Of a stretch of DNA of 64,000 nt, positions 1 through 10,658 are shown piece by piece; the first letter of the stretch is position 1; the number at the start of each line of letters is the position of its first letter. This stretch comes from an uncultured delta proteobacterium (GTDB lineage: Bacteria > Desulfobacterota > Binatia > UBA9968): NCBI GenBank assembly GCA_963816145.1, contig CAWFJP010000002.1:32001-96000 (forward strand), read 5' to 3'. The translations under genes and the position numbers were made by a program. Below the pieces are notes generated by a model, which saw only the letters and a list, made by a program, of their open reading frames with translations, searched no databases and was not told the origin of the DNA.

Positions 1-173
1 TGCGACGAAATAACTTGCGCGGTGTCAAAACATAGCCGGGACCGGAAGATATCGGCAATGTATTTGAATTGTTTCGCGGTTGACGGCGTCCAATTCGCAG
101 ACGGCGTGAGCTCGAATCGGTGCCAACGCGACTGATAAATTTTGTTGATGAAAAGGGAAAGGAAGGAATCGTA

Positions 174-506
174 ATGAGATCTAAAATTGGGCTAACAATC
201 ATAGGTTTAGGGATTGCGGCTGGGCTGGCTTCGGGGGCCATCGCGGGTGAAGCTGACAGCGGCAAAGCGATTTACGAAAAATCTTGCATGGGGTGCCACG
301 GTGCGGATGGTAAAGGTAATGAGAAGATGGCGAAAATTCCAGGCTTCGAAAAAGGCCTAAATATCGTCGGTGCCGACGTCAAAAAGAAGTCTGACGAGCA
401 ATTGCTCAAACTCATCGCCGAAGGCGCCGGGAAAATGCCCCCTTCCAAGCTTACCAAAGAGGAGCAAAAACAGGCCTTGGCTTATGCTCGAACTTTGGCT
501 AAATAA
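174..506 (+). CDS. Periplasmic monoheme class I cytochrome c (c6/c553-like)
   Basis: Signal peptide MRSKIGLTIIGLGIAAGLASGAIA, CMGCH heme motif and distal GKMP Met. ATG 174 follows a purine-rich RBS. Confidence 0.85.
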   Translation: MRSKIGLTIIGLGIAAGLASGAIAGEADSGKAIYEKSCMGCHGADGKGNEKMAKIPGFEKGLNIVGADVKKKSDEQLLKLIAEGAGKMPPSKLTKEEQKQALAYARTLAK

Positions 507-582
507 CTCGTTTTCACGACGAGCGATTGTCACACCCAGTGGGGACGACGCCGCGCGGACTTAGTGTCTGTCGGCGTTGACC

Positions 583-774
583 TCATGCGGTGACAAGAGC
601 GATGAGATAGATCGCTATGCCAGCCAAAACGAGAACGCCGCCGAGAATGATGAAAAGTAAAAAGCTCGTTGGATGAGACCAATTGAGAGATATCCCTTCA
701 ACCGCCAGACCGGCGATTAACAAGTAAGCTGCTGTCTTCAGTTTGCGCTGCAAGCGCGATTCGTTCTCGGTCAT
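583..774 (-). CDS. Small two-TM membrane protein coupled to the NapC/NirT gene
   Basis: Two hydrophobic helices. ATG at 774 overlaps the TGA of the upstream gene (ATGA). Confidence 0.65.
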   Translation of the reverse strand: MTENESRLQRKLKTAAYLLIAGLAVEGISLNWSHPTSFLLFIILGGVLVLAGIAIYLIALVTA

Positions 775-1379
775 GCCCCCGGCCCTTTCCATTTCTTTGT
801 TTTATCGATGTTTGCCACGTCGTGAATCTTTGTGTGGCAGGTCAAGCAAGACATATCGTTGGACGTTAGCTGTTCCTTCATTTCTTTGTGCGGCGAGCTG
901 TCTTCATAGGATCGCCCGTTGGCATGGCAATGCAAGCATTCCCGGTTCTTGAACGGTTCGTAAAGCGCCAGTTTTGCCGGCGTGGGCTTGAAGTAATACA
1001 CATAAAGATGCCTCAAACCGCGCAGCTTGGCATTGACGTCGCCGAACATCGTGTAGTCGGTATGGCAGGTGAAACACGCGTGGTCTTTGGGTATACGGTT
1101 GTTTTGGAAATGGGCAGCAGGAACATACTTCGGGTCATCAATGTAAAGGCTCTGGCCATGGGCCTGCATGACGTGGCAAGACAAGCAGAACTGCGTTGAC
1201 GTCGAGTTCTCTAAATGAATCGAAGTGCCCAAGACCGTCGCCACGATAGGCAGGATAAAGAACGCGATGAAGGCGACAATCTTGCCGCCTTGTGCCGCCG
1301 TGATGGAAGGCCGCAGCAGCAATAGGCCGATCAGAATGATACTTAAAGTGATGACGGTAGCGACTGCGTATGTTGCCAA
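771..1379 (-). CDS. NapC/NirT family membrane-anchored tetraheme cytochrome c
   Basis: N-terminal TM helices and four CxxCH motifs (CLSCH, CFTCH, CLHCH, CLTCH). The STQFCLSCHVM segment is typical of the family. Confidence 0.88.
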   Translation of the reverse strand: MATYAVATVITLSIILIGLLLLRPSITAAQGGKIVAFIAFFILPIVATVLGTSIHLENSTSTQFCLSCHVMQAHGQSLYIDDPKYVPAAHFQNNRIPKDHACFTCHTDYTMFGDVNAKLRGLRHLYVYYFKPTPAKLALYEPFKNRECLHCHANGRSYEDSSPHKEMKEQLTSNDMSCLTCHTKIHDVANIDKTKKWKGPGA

Positions 1380-1552
1380 GGATTATTTCCTTTCGGTCGA
1401 TGTCGGAGTCCCCTGCTCCCTCGATTCGTCGATCCCTTTCAGGATATAACCAATGGTCGTCAAAATATCCAGCAGAAGTTGCAATTGAGTTCTTCCACCA
1501 AGGTCATGAATGGAATTGATTTTCTCTCCCAGCAGGGTTTTTCAACCGACGA

Positions 1553-1750
1553 GTGAAAGTATCACAGCAGCCAGCGGATGTCATTTTCGAGGAACTGGCG
1601 GGAGCCGAGGCCGAGCAGATTTTGCGCCAGCTGCAGAATTATCCCGAAGTGAAAGTCGTGCCGCACGTCGATGGCTCGTTCATTATTGAAGCTACGCGCC
1701 GGGCGTTGGCGAGAGCGGGCTACGATTTGGAGTTGTTAGAAAAACTTTAG
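1553..1750 (+). CDS. Hypothetical protein (65 aa)
   Basis: Only sizeable ORF in the gap, with protein-like composition. No recognised motif. Confidence 0.4.
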   Translation: MKVSQQPADVIFEELAGAEAEQILRQLQNYPEVKVVPHVDGSFIIEATRRALARAGYDLELLEKL

Positions 1751-1773
1751 CCGTTGCGCTTTGGTTCCGTGTG

Positions 1774-4316
1774 TCACCGACGACTTCGTGCGAACTTGAC
1801 GATCTCAAACCAGAGAGCGCTAAAGATTCCTGCGCCCAGACAAATTGCCAACTCACTGGCGGGCAAGCCAGAGAAACGGAAAACCTCGCGCAGATAGGGC
1901 ACGTAAAGTACCGCCGCAAGAAAGATGAGCCCGCCGCTGACGACCCACCAAAGAGCCGGGTTGGGTGTGCGCAAAGTGGCGAATGCATGCCGCGACATAG
2001 AGCGGTTCGCGAAGATCAAGCCAAGCATGCCTAGCACTAAAGTGACGAAGCTCGCGGCGCGTGCCGCTGCTTCATTGTGGCCTCGGTAAAGCGCAAACCC
2101 CAGAACCGCCAATACGCCGAGCAAAACAATCGATCCCTGGAGCAGGCTCGAGCAGATCTTTTTAGCGCCGAAAAGCGGCTCCTGCGGATCCCGCGGCGGC
2201 CGGTTCATGACATCCGATTCTTCGGGCTCGGCTTCAAAGGCGATCGAACAGGCGGGATCGATAATCAGTTCAAGAAAGACGATGTGCACAGGTGAAAGCA
2301 CGAGCGGCCAGTCAAGAATCAATGGCACCAACGCCAGTCCCGCGATCGGCACATGGATGGAGAAAATAAACGCCAGGGCTTTCTGCAGATTATCAAAGAT
2401 GCGTCGGCCCGAGCGAATAGCATCAACGATGGTGGCGAAGTCGTCGTCGAGGATAACCAGTGAGGCTGCCTCGCGCGCCACGTCCGTGCCGCGCCCGCCC
2501 ATGGCGATGCCGATATGCGCGGCCTTCAGTGCCGGCGCGTCGTTGACGCCGTCGCCGGTCATCGCGACGATCTCGCCGTTGGCTTTGAACGCCTCGCACC
2601 AGTTTCAATTTTTGTTCGGGTAGAACCCGGGCGAAGACCTGCGTGACACCGATGCGGCGGCGCAGTTCGCCTTCAGCCATGCGTTCGATGTCGGCGCCGA
2701 TAAGAATTTCGCTCCCCGAATCCAGGCCGATCTTACGCGCGATGGCCTGCGCGGTGGACGGATAGTCGCCGGTAATCATGACGACTTTGATGCCGGCCTG
2801 GTTACACGCCTTGATTGCGGCCGGAACCGCAGGCCGCACGGGATCGGATAGGCCGACGAGTCCGAGAAACTTGAAATCAAAATCATGCTGGCTGGCTGGC
2901 CAGCTGCTGCCGGTAAAAGCTCCGCGCGCAACACCAAGAACCCGCAGGCCGTCCGCCGCTATGGTATCGACCTGTGCCGCGAGCTCGGCGCGTTGTTTGG
3001 GATCGAAGTGACAAAGATCGGCAACCGCTTCCGGCGCGCCCTTGGTGGCGATGGCGTACTCTTCGCTGCTTGATAATTGCCAAACATGGGAGAGTGCCAG
3101 CAGGTCCGGTGCGAGAGAGTACTCGTGCGCCAGGGTCCAATCTTTAAATCTCGCGCCGTGATCGAGATATCGGTCACCGACTTCCTTGAAAGCTTTTTCC
3201 ATCGGGTCGAATGGATCGGTCTCGCTGGCGAGAACCGAGAATCGCACCAGCTCGTGAAACTTCTGAGGCAATGTTTCGTCCTGGGTTGTGTCCACCTCAT
3301 AGAAATCCCCGGCCGGCGAAAAGTTTGCCCACCGACATGCGGTTAAGGGTCAGCGTGCCGGTCTTGTCGACACACAAAACGGTTGCCGAACCGAGAGTTT
3401 CAATGGCCGGCATGCGCCGGGTGAGAACCCGTTTCTGCGACATGCGCCAAGCGCCGAGCGCGAGAAAAACCGTGAGCACGACGGGAATTTCTTCAGGGAG
3501 GAGAGCCATGGCGAGCGCGATGCCGACCAGGAATCCTTGGAGCCAATTGCCGCGCGTTAAACCATAGAGAATCACCGCCAAAGCGCAGAGAGAGAGCCCC
3601 ACAGCGGCTAAGTTACGGATGAGCCCGGCGGATTTCTTTTGCAGGAAGGTCTCGTCGGTTTCCAGCGTTTGCAGCGCCTTGCCGATTTTGCCAATTTCGG
3701 TTCCCGTGCCGGTCTTGAGCACTCTGGCGACGCCACGGCCCTGGACGAGCATGGTGCCGGAATAGACGAAGGGCAAGTCATCTCCGCCCGGGCGAGCGAT
3801 TTCTTGCTTGCCGTTCCAATTCGCCTTGCGCACCGGCACAGATTCCCCGGTGAGCAAGGATTCGTCCGCTGCCAGATCGTTGCAGGACAAGATGACGGCG
3901 TCAGCGGGCACTCGGTCACCTTCGGTGAGCAGCAAAATATCGTCGGGCACCACTTCCCGCCCGGCAATGCGTATCTGTTCGCCGTCGCGGATGACGAGCG
4001 CGCGTGGACTGGAAAAATCTCGCAGTGCCTCCAGCGCTCGCTCGGTTTTTCGCTCTTGAAAAATCGTGATCACCATGATGACCAAGATCGACGCAGCGAG
4101 AATCAGGGCTTCCCGCAGGTCGCCGAGAGTCAAGTAGAGAATGCTGGCGGCGATGAGCAGCGCAAACATCGGCTCGCGGGCAACGCTAAGGGCAATGGCG
4201 AAGGTGCCGCGGCGGTTGGAGGAAGGAAGTTCGTTGTAACCGTGGGCCCGAAGTCGCTCCTCGACTTCTTGGCTCGAAAGTCCACTGGGCGGCGTATCGT
4301 TAGACTGGGTATTCAT
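1774..4316 (-). pseudogene. Cation-translocating P-type ATPase (type II) broken by two +1 frameshifts
   Basis: TGES, PEEIP and DKTGT lie in ORF 3297..4316; KGAPE and MITGD in 2423..3295; [11 protein letters not shown] and C-terminal TMs in 1774..2562. Removing one base near 3311 and one near 2597 gives one continuous frame. Confidence 0.85.
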
Positions 4317-4348
4317 CGTTGTAAGCGCCGGGTGCGCGCTAATCCGGT

Positions 4349-7045
4349 TTACGTCAATTCCCCGAACCAGCCGCGCCGTTCCATCCACTTGGCCAGTTCC
4401 AACACCGGTAGGATCGTCAATGCTCCACTCAAGACAACGGCCCAGTCTATCATCGGCAAGCTGAAGGTGCCGAAGGGTTGTTGGAGAATTGGCGTATAAA
4501 TGACGACAACCAGTAGGGCGATTTCCCAAGCGACTGCGCGGTTCAACCACTTATTGGCGAACGGCCGTATGAGCACCGAATGGCGCTCGGAGCGAAAACA
4601 ATAGGCTTTGAGAAACTGGATGAGCACCAGCGACACAAAGGTCATGGTCATCGCCTCATTGACATCGGACCGTGCAGATAATGCCCAAGTGAATAGCCCG
4701 ATGTTGATGAGGGCCGACCATAGACCGCCGACGACCATCAATGTGACGACTGGCCGGGTGAAGATACCGGTTCGTGAGTCGCGCGGGGGCCGTTGCATCA
4801 GATCGCGCTCAGGCGGATCTACGGCGAGGGCCAATGCCGGCAGTCCATCGGTGGCCAGGTTGACGTAGAGGATTTGCACGGCACTGAGCGGTAACGGCAG
4901 GCCAAAGACGGCGGCGCCAATCATGAGGCCGATCTCGCCGATGTTGGACGAAATCAGAAACATCAAATATTTCTTGATATTGTCAAAGACGCCTCGGCCT
5001 TCTTCGACGGCGGCAACGATGGAAGCAAAGTTGTCGTCGATGAGCGTCATCGCCGCGGCCTCCTTGCTCACGTCGGTGCCGGTGATTCCCATGGCGATGC
5101 CGATGTCGGCTTTCTTGAGCGCGGGCGCGTCGTTAACGCCGTCGCCGGTCATGGCGACGATGTGCCGATTGCCTTGCAGAGCGGTGACCACGCGAAGTTT
5201 GTCGGCCGGCGAGACCCGGGCGTATACCTCGATGTCTTCCACTTGGGCGGCCAAATCAACGTCGCTGATCGCCGCCAATTCAGCGCCAGTGATTGCACGG
5301 CCATTTCTGAGCACGCCAAGTTCCCGGGCGATGGACTGCGCCGTGAGCGGATGATCGCCGGTGATCATTACCGGTTTGATGCCCGCTTGGCCGCATATCC
5401 GGATCGAGGTCTGAGCCTCCGGGCGTGGTGGATCGATCATGCCGGCCAAACCGAGGAAGATCATCTCCTGTTCCGCTTCTTGTGGCGTCGCATTGGGTCT
5501 ATAGGCAATCGCCAATACCCGAAGCGCTTCACTCGCCATTTCCTGTGAAGCATCTAGGATGAGCTTCTGTGTCGTGCCATCCAAGCTAGTTTCACCAATC
5601 TCGGTCAACTGTTTCGTGCAGGAGGCGAGGAGGATCTCAGGCGCGCCTTTGGCGTAGGCGATGATGCCACCGTTGGCCTTGTGCAAGGTGGTCATGCGTT
5701 TGCTTTCGGAAGTGAACGGGATTTCATGCACGCGGGGAAAGCGTTTTTCGAGTGCTGTTTTGTCGAGGCCTGCCTTCGCCGCCGCTACCACCAGCGCGCC
5801 CTCGGTGGGATCGCCTTTGATCTGCCAACCTCGCGCTGAAGCTGCGCCCGAGTCGCCGCCGTTATCGATGGGCAGCAGATCAGCATCGGATGCGAGCGCC
5901 GCGGCGGTCAGTAAAGTCATGAGGGGGCTGGAAGGTTCGATCGTGGCACCATTCCGTGAGAAGTTGCCGTGGGGCTCATAGCCGGTGCCGGTGACCTCGA
6001 GCATTTGCCCGGCGACAAATATCTTGCGCACCGTCATCTCATCTTTCGTCAAAGTCCCGGTCTTATCCGAGCAGATGACCGACACGCTTCCCAAAGTTTC
6101 GACTGCGGGCAGCCGGCGGACTAAGGCGTTGCGTTTGACCATTCGTTGGACGCCGATGGCGAGGGAGATCGTGACCACCGCCGGAAGGGCCTCGGGGACC
6201 ACGGCAACCGCGAGGGCAATTCCGAAAATGAACATTTCGAGCAGCGGCTGACCACGCAGTACTGCGAGGATGACGATCATCGCCACCACCGCTAGCGCAG
6301 CTTGGGCGAGTATGCGCCCGACTTTGTCCAAGTTGATTTGCAGCGGTGTCCTGCCACTCTGGACGGTTTCGAGTAGCTGGGCGATTTTGCCGAACTCGGT
6401 GCGCGTGCCGGTGGCAATCACTACCGCACGGCCGCGCCCGTAAGTGATGGCGGTGCCCGCATGAACCATGTTGCGCCGGTCGCCCACCGGCAGGTCATCC
6501 TTCAAGATCGCGTCAGTTTGTTTTTCAATTGGCAGCGATTCGCCGGTGAGCGGTGCTTCATCCGCTCGTAGATTCATGGCAACGAGCACCCGTGCGTCGG
6601 CGGGAACTTTGTTACCGGTATTCAAAATAACAATGTCTCCCGGCACGAGATTGCGTGCCGGGATATCGGTTTCGTTGCCATCTCGGATTACGGTCGCATT
6701 GGGCGCGGCCATCTGGCGCAGCGCGTCGATCGCGCGTTCGGCGCGGTATTCTTGATAAAATCCTAGCAGGACAGCGAAAAGAACGATGACGGCGATGGCA
6801 ATCGCCTCAAGGGTGTGGCCGAGGAATGCCGAGAGCGTCACAGCGACGAGCAGGATAATGACCAGAACGTTTTTGAACTGCTCCAGGAAAATCGTCCACG
6901 GCGAGACTCGATGCCCGGCCTCAATTTCATTGGGGCCGTACTCCAGCAATCGGCGCTGCGATTCAGCTGCGCTGAGGCCGCGAGTCGCCTCGCTGCCTAG
7001 CTGGCGGAGCAGGTCGTCGATTGGCAATTGGTACCACTGAGTCAT
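4349..7045 (-). CDS. Ca2+-type (type IIA) cation-translocating P-type ATPase
   Basis: 898 aa with [45 protein letters not shown] and [12 protein letters not shown]. Confidence 0.93.
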   Translation of the reverse strand: MTQWYQLPIDDLLRQLGSEATRGLSAAESQRRLLEYGPNEIEAGHRVSPWTIFLEQFKNVLVIILLVAVTLSAFLGHTLEAIAIAVIVLFAVLLGFYQEYRAERAIDALRQMAAPNATVIRDGNETDIPARNLVPGDIVILNTGNKVPADARVLVAMNLRADEAPLTGESLPIEKQTDAILKDDLPVGDRRNMVHAGTAITYGRGRAVVIATGTRTEFGKIAQLLETVQSGRTPLQINLDKVGRILAQAALAVVAMIVILAVLRGQPLLEMFIFGIALAVAVVPEALPAVVTISLAIGVQRMVKRNALVRRLPAVETLGSVSVICSDKTGTLTKDEMTVRKIFVAGQMLEVTGTGYEPHGNFSRNGATIEPSSPLMTLLTAAALASDADLLPIDNGGDSGAASARGWQIKGDPTEGALVVAAAKAGLDKTALEKRFPRVHEIPFTSESKRMTTLHKANGGIIAYAKGAPEILLASCTKQLTEIGETSLDGTTQKLILDASQEMASEALRVLAIAYRPNATPQEAEQEMIFLGLAGMIDPPRPEAQTSIRICGQAGIKPVMITGDHPLTAQSIARELGVLRNGRAITGAELAAISDVDLAAQVEDIEVYARVSPADKLRVVTALQGNRHIVAMTGDGVNDAPALKKADIGIAMGITGTDVSKEAAAMTLIDDNFASIVAAVEEGRGVFDNIKKYLMFLISSNIGEIGLMIGAAVFGLPLPLSAVQILYVNLATDGLPALALAVDPPERDLMQRPPRDSRTGIFTRPVVTLMVVGGLWSALINIGLFTWALSARSDVNEAMTMTFVSLVLIQFLKAYCFRSERHSVLIRPFANKWLNRAVAWEIALLVVVIYTPILQQPFGTFSLPMIDWAVVLSGALTILPVLELAKWMERRGWFGELT

Positions 7046-7048
7046 GTC

Positions 7049-8401
7049 TCACGATGGTTTGAAAGCCGGGACGTGCGCCTGAAGAAACGTCGTGATGATT
7101 TCCGCCAAGTCGGGATGGCTGATTTCTTCAAGGTCGTAGCGCACCCGGCACGCGGGTTTGGGCAACTTGATCAGCCGGGCGAGGTCGATGGGAGTGGCGA
7201 CGATGATCGAATCGCAGTCCGCTGCTTCGATCGTTGCCCGCAAATCCGCTAACTGCGACGAAGAGTATCCCATCGCCGGCAATGCCCGCTGAATCCAAGG
7301 GCAGCGCGCATAAATCTCGATCAGACTTCCTTTGGCGCAGTCTCTGGCATCGACGATTTCCGCGGCGCCGTAACGATGGGCGGCGACGACTCCTGAGCCA
7401 TAGGCCATTTCGCCATGGGTTAACGTTGGGCCGTCCTCGATCACCAGGACTTTTTTGCCGTTGATCAACTCCGGCCGATCGACGCTGACCGTCGAGCGGG
7501 CCTGAATCACGCGTGCGCTGGGATTGACTGCCGCGATGTTCGCCAACACTTGCTGCACGCCGGCTATCGGAGCGGAATCCATTTTATTGACGATCAGCAC
7601 CTGAGCGCGGCGCAGGTTGGTTTCACCCGGATGGTAGAGCAACTCGTGGCCGGCGCGGTGCGGATCGAGGACGACGATTTCCAAGTCGGAGCGATAGAAC
7701 GGCCAGTCGTTGTTGCCGCCGTCCCACAGAATCACGTCAGCTTCTTTCTCCGCTTCGGCAAGTATTTGCGCGTAATCAACGCCGGCGTAGACGATCACGC
7801 CTTCCCTTATGTGTTGTTCATATTCTTCTCGCTCTTCGATGGTGCAATTGTGGCGGTCGCAATCTTCCACCGTGGCAAAGCGTTGCACCGCTTGCGCGGC
7901 GAGATCGCCGTAGGGCATCGGATGGCGCACGACCACGGGGCGGAGACTCCGTTGTCGCAATAACGCTGCAATACGCCGGACCACTGAGTCTTTGCCGCAA
8001 CCGGTGCGCACCGCGCAGACGGAAATCACCGGCCGCGATGACGCCAGCGAACTGCGCTCCGGACCGATCAAGCGAAAATCTGCGCCGCATGCTAAGACAC
8101 GCGAAGCCAGGTGCATTACGGCGACATGAGACAGGTCGCTATAGGCCAGGACCGCTTGGTCGACACGGAATTCACGGATCAACGCTTCAAGTTCCCGTTC
8201 CGCAAAGATCGGAATACCGTTGGGGTAGAGCGGCCCGCTGAGCGACGCAGGGTAGCGGCGCATCTCGATTCCAGGTATCTGCGCGGCGGTGAAGGCGATC
8301 ACCTGGAAGATAGCATCGCCGCGGAAGCAAGTATTGAATATGTGAAAGTCGCGGCCGGCAGCGCCAAGTATAATAACGCATTCGGGATTGGCTGGTGTCA
8401 T
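7049..8401 (-). CDS. COG2403 P-loop protein (cyclic 2,3-diphosphoglycerate synthetase-like / arginine synthetase ArcE-like)
   Basis: GAAGRDFH N-terminus, AVRTGCGK P-loop, RHPMPYGDL, TIEEREEYE, WDGGNND and EDGPTLTHG motifs. Confidence 0.8.
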   Translation of the reverse strand: MTPANPECVIILGAAGRDFHIFNTCFRGDAIFQVIAFTAAQIPGIEMRRYPASLSGPLYPNGIPIFAERELEALIREFRVDQAVLAYSDLSHVAVMHLASRVLACGADFRLIGPERSSLASSRPVISVCAVRTGCGKDSVVRRIAALLRQRSLRPVVVRHPMPYGDLAAQAVQRFATVEDCDRHNCTIEEREEYEQHIREGVIVYAGVDYAQILAEAEKEADVILWDGGNNDWPFYRSDLEIVVLDPHRAGHELLYHPGETNLRRAQVLIVNKMDSAPIAGVQQVLANIAAVNPSARVIQARSTVSVDRPELINGKKVLVIEDGPTLTHGEMAYGSGVVAAHRYGAAEIVDARDCAKGSLIEIYARCPWIQRALPAMGYSSSQLADLRATIEAADCDSIIVATPIDLARLIKLPKPACRVRYDLEEISHPDLAEIITTFLQAHVPAFKPS

Positions 8402-8464
8402 CGGAATTCTCGCTTCAATAAATTTCTAAAGCTTGTTTACTGGCGAGTGCCATGCAGAGTTTGA

Positions 8465-8479
8465 GCAAGAGATATGCCG
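8465..8479 (-). promoter_or_regulatory. sigma54 -24/-12 promoter for the COG2403 gene and ATPase operon
   Basis: Minus strand reads CGGCATATCTCTTGC (GG-N10-GC with TTGC), about 65 nt before ATG 8401. Confidence 0.55.
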
Positions 8480-8548
8480 TATTGGCATCTTCAATCTTCT
8501 TCGAAAATACATGTGCAGGGATGAACCGGGAGACGACAGCGCGGAGGT

Positions 8549-8620
8549 TCCGTCATACCGGCGAAAGCCGGTATCCATCCCCGCCCTTCCATGGATGCCG
8601 GCCTCCGCCGGTATGACGGA
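8549..8620. repeat. REP-like imperfect inverted repeat
   Basis: TCCGTCATACCGGCGAAAGCCGGTATCCAT ... ATGGATGCCGGCCTCCGCCGGTATGACGGA. Each arm is itself a hairpin. Confidence 0.8.
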
Positions 8621-8839
8621 TCAATGAAAGTACCTGTGGAGGGATGCCGGGCAATTTCATACTCTGTAGACGAGCGTACGCTCATGACCACTCTGTGGTT
8701 AGATCCCCTGTTGCCACCACGCAGGCTTTTTCTTCGCATTGTTGCCATTCTTACTATCAGTTCTTCTTAGATCTGCGAAATCTTCGGACCGAATCACCGA
8801 AGTTACTGGTGATCGCTGGTATTTGTAAACGTCCCACAT

Positions 8840-8854
8840 TGGCATAGGCTGTGC
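8840..8854 (+). promoter_or_regulatory. sigma54 -24/-12 promoter upstream of glgP
   Basis: TGGCATAGGCTGTGC (GG-N10-GC), about 45 nt before ATG 8899. Confidence 0.5.
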
Positions 8855-8898
8855 GATCTTCCTATACAGTGTAACTAAACGATTACGACGAAAGCACA

Positions 8899-10587
8899 AT
8901 GACCGATCGATCCATCGCATATTTTTCCATGGAAATTGGCTTGGCCGCCGGCATTCCGACCTACAGCGGTGGGTTGGGCGTGCTGGCCGGCGACACGATT
9001 CGCGCCGCGATGGATCTCAAAGTTAAAATGTTGGCGGTGAGTCTGATTCATCGCCGGGGTTATTTTTACCAGCGACTCGATTCGAGTGGCTGGCAACGCG
9101 AGGAGCCGGTGGAATGGTCGGTGGGAGATTTTCTCAGCGAAATGCCGCAGCGAGTTTCCGTGTCGATCGAGGGGCGCACGGTTTGGCTGCGGGCTTGGAA
9201 GTACGAGGTCCATGACTCCGGCGATTTTGTCGTGCCGGTGTTCTTACTGGATGCCGATCTGCCGGAAAACGCTGCATGGGACCGGACACTGACTCACTAC
9301 TTATATGGCGGTGATCAATATTACCGGCTGGCCCAGGAAGTGATTCTCGGCATCGGCGGTGTGCGGATGCTGCGCGCTCTCGGCTACCGCGATATCGAAC
9401 GCTTTCACATGAACGAAGGCCACGCCAGCCTGCTGACCTTGGAGCTGTTGGATGAAGAGGCGAAACGCTGCGGCCGCACCAACGTCACGCGCGACGATAT
9501 CGAGGCGGTGCGCAAGAAGTGTGTGTTTACGACCCACACCCCGGTGGCCGCGGGCCATGACAAGTTTCCCATGGAGTTGGTTAGCCGCGTGCTCGACCGC
9601 GGCGAACTCGAAGAGATGAAAGACGTCTTTTGCTGCGACGACTTGCTCAACATGACTTATCTCGCGCTCAATGTCAGCCACTACGTCAATGGGGTGGCGA
9701 AGCGGCACGGCGAAATCTCCCGGCTCATGTACGCCGGCTACAATATCGATGCGATCACCAATGGCGTGCACGGGGCAACCTGGGCCGCGGAGTCGTTGGC
9801 CGGTCTTTACGACCGGTATATTCCGGGTTGGCGCCAGGACAACTGCAGCCTGCGTTACGCTCTGAACATCCCGCCGGAGGAAGTCTGGCAAGCGCATGTC
9901 CAGGCGAAGAAGGCTCTAACCCAGTACGTCAATCAGGAAACCAACGCGGGCATCGATGTCGATGTTTTGACCATCGGTTTTGCTCGCCGCGCGGCGGCCT
10001 ATAAGCGCGCCGACCTGCTTTTCACCGACATGGAGAGACTCAAAGCGATCTCGGCGGCAAACGGCGGTCTGCAGATCGTTTATGCCGGTAAAGCCCATCC
10101 CCAGGATAATTCCGGCAAGGAAGTAATCCAACGGATTTACCGCGCCAAGGAGGTACTGCGCGCCAACATCAAGATCGCCTACCTGGAAAACTACAATATG
10201 GAAATCGGCAAGTTGATGACTGCGGGTGTCGATGTCTGGCTCAATACACCGCAACCGCCGCTCGAAGCTTCGGGAACCAGCGGCATGAAGGCGGCCATAA
10301 ACGGCGTGCCGAGTTTCAGCGTGCTTGATGGCTGGTGGGCCGAGGGTTGCATCGAAGGTGTGACCGGATGGTCGATCGGCTCGAAAGAGATAGATCCGGC
10401 CGGCCCGGCAAATCATACCCAAGATGCGGCATCGCTCTATGACAAGCTCGAAGCTGTCATCCTACCGTTATTTTATCAAAATCGCAGCGGCTTTCTTGAT
10501 GTCATGCGCCATGCGATCGCGCTCAACGGTTCGTTTTTCAACACCCACCGCATGCTGCAGCAATATGTGTTGAAGGCGTACTTTTGA
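8899..10587 (+). CDS. glgP: Alpha-glucan (glycogen/starch) phosphorylase, short form
   Basis: [37 protein letters not shown] and EASGTSGMK (PLP lysine). Confidence 0.93.
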   Translation: MTDRSIAYFSMEIGLAAGIPTYSGGLGVLAGDTIRAAMDLKVKMLAVSLIHRRGYFYQRLDSSGWQREEPVEWSVGDFLSEMPQRVSVSIEGRTVWLRAWKYEVHDSGDFVVPVFLLDADLPENAAWDRTLTHYLYGGDQYYRLAQEVILGIGGVRMLRALGYRDIERFHMNEGHASLLTLELLDEEAKRCGRTNVTRDDIEAVRKKCVFTTHTPVAAGHDKFPMELVSRVLDRGELEEMKDVFCCDDLLNMTYLALNVSHYVNGVAKRHGEISRLMYAGYNIDAITNGVHGATWAAESLAGLYDRYIPGWRQDNCSLRYALNIPPEEVWQAHVQAKKALTQYVNQETNAGIDVDVLTIGFARRAAAYKRADLLFTDMERLKAISAANGGLQIVYAGKAHPQDNSGKEVIQRIYRAKEVLRANIKIAYLENYNMEIGKLMTAGVDVWLNTPQPPLEASGTSGMKAAINGVPSFSVLDGWWAEGCIEGVTGWSIGSKEIDPAGPANHTQDAASLYDKLEAVILPLFYQNRSGFLDVMRHAIALNGSFFNTHRMLQQYVLKAYF

Positions 10588-10658
10588 ATATCATGAAGGA
10601 AGAAGGCGGAAGGATAACGGAAGACGGATGAGGCGGAAGGTTTGGACGGAACGAAAGG

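Noticed and set aside
4317-4550. N-terminal extension of the 417-aa ATPase fragment
   Set aside because: Overlaps the upstream ATPase. ATG 4316 gives a normal GLSxxE..R..G.N N-terminus.
8438-8452. TGGCACTCGCCAGTA on the minus strand as a sigma54 site
   Set aside because: No GC at -12. A better box lies at 8465-8479.
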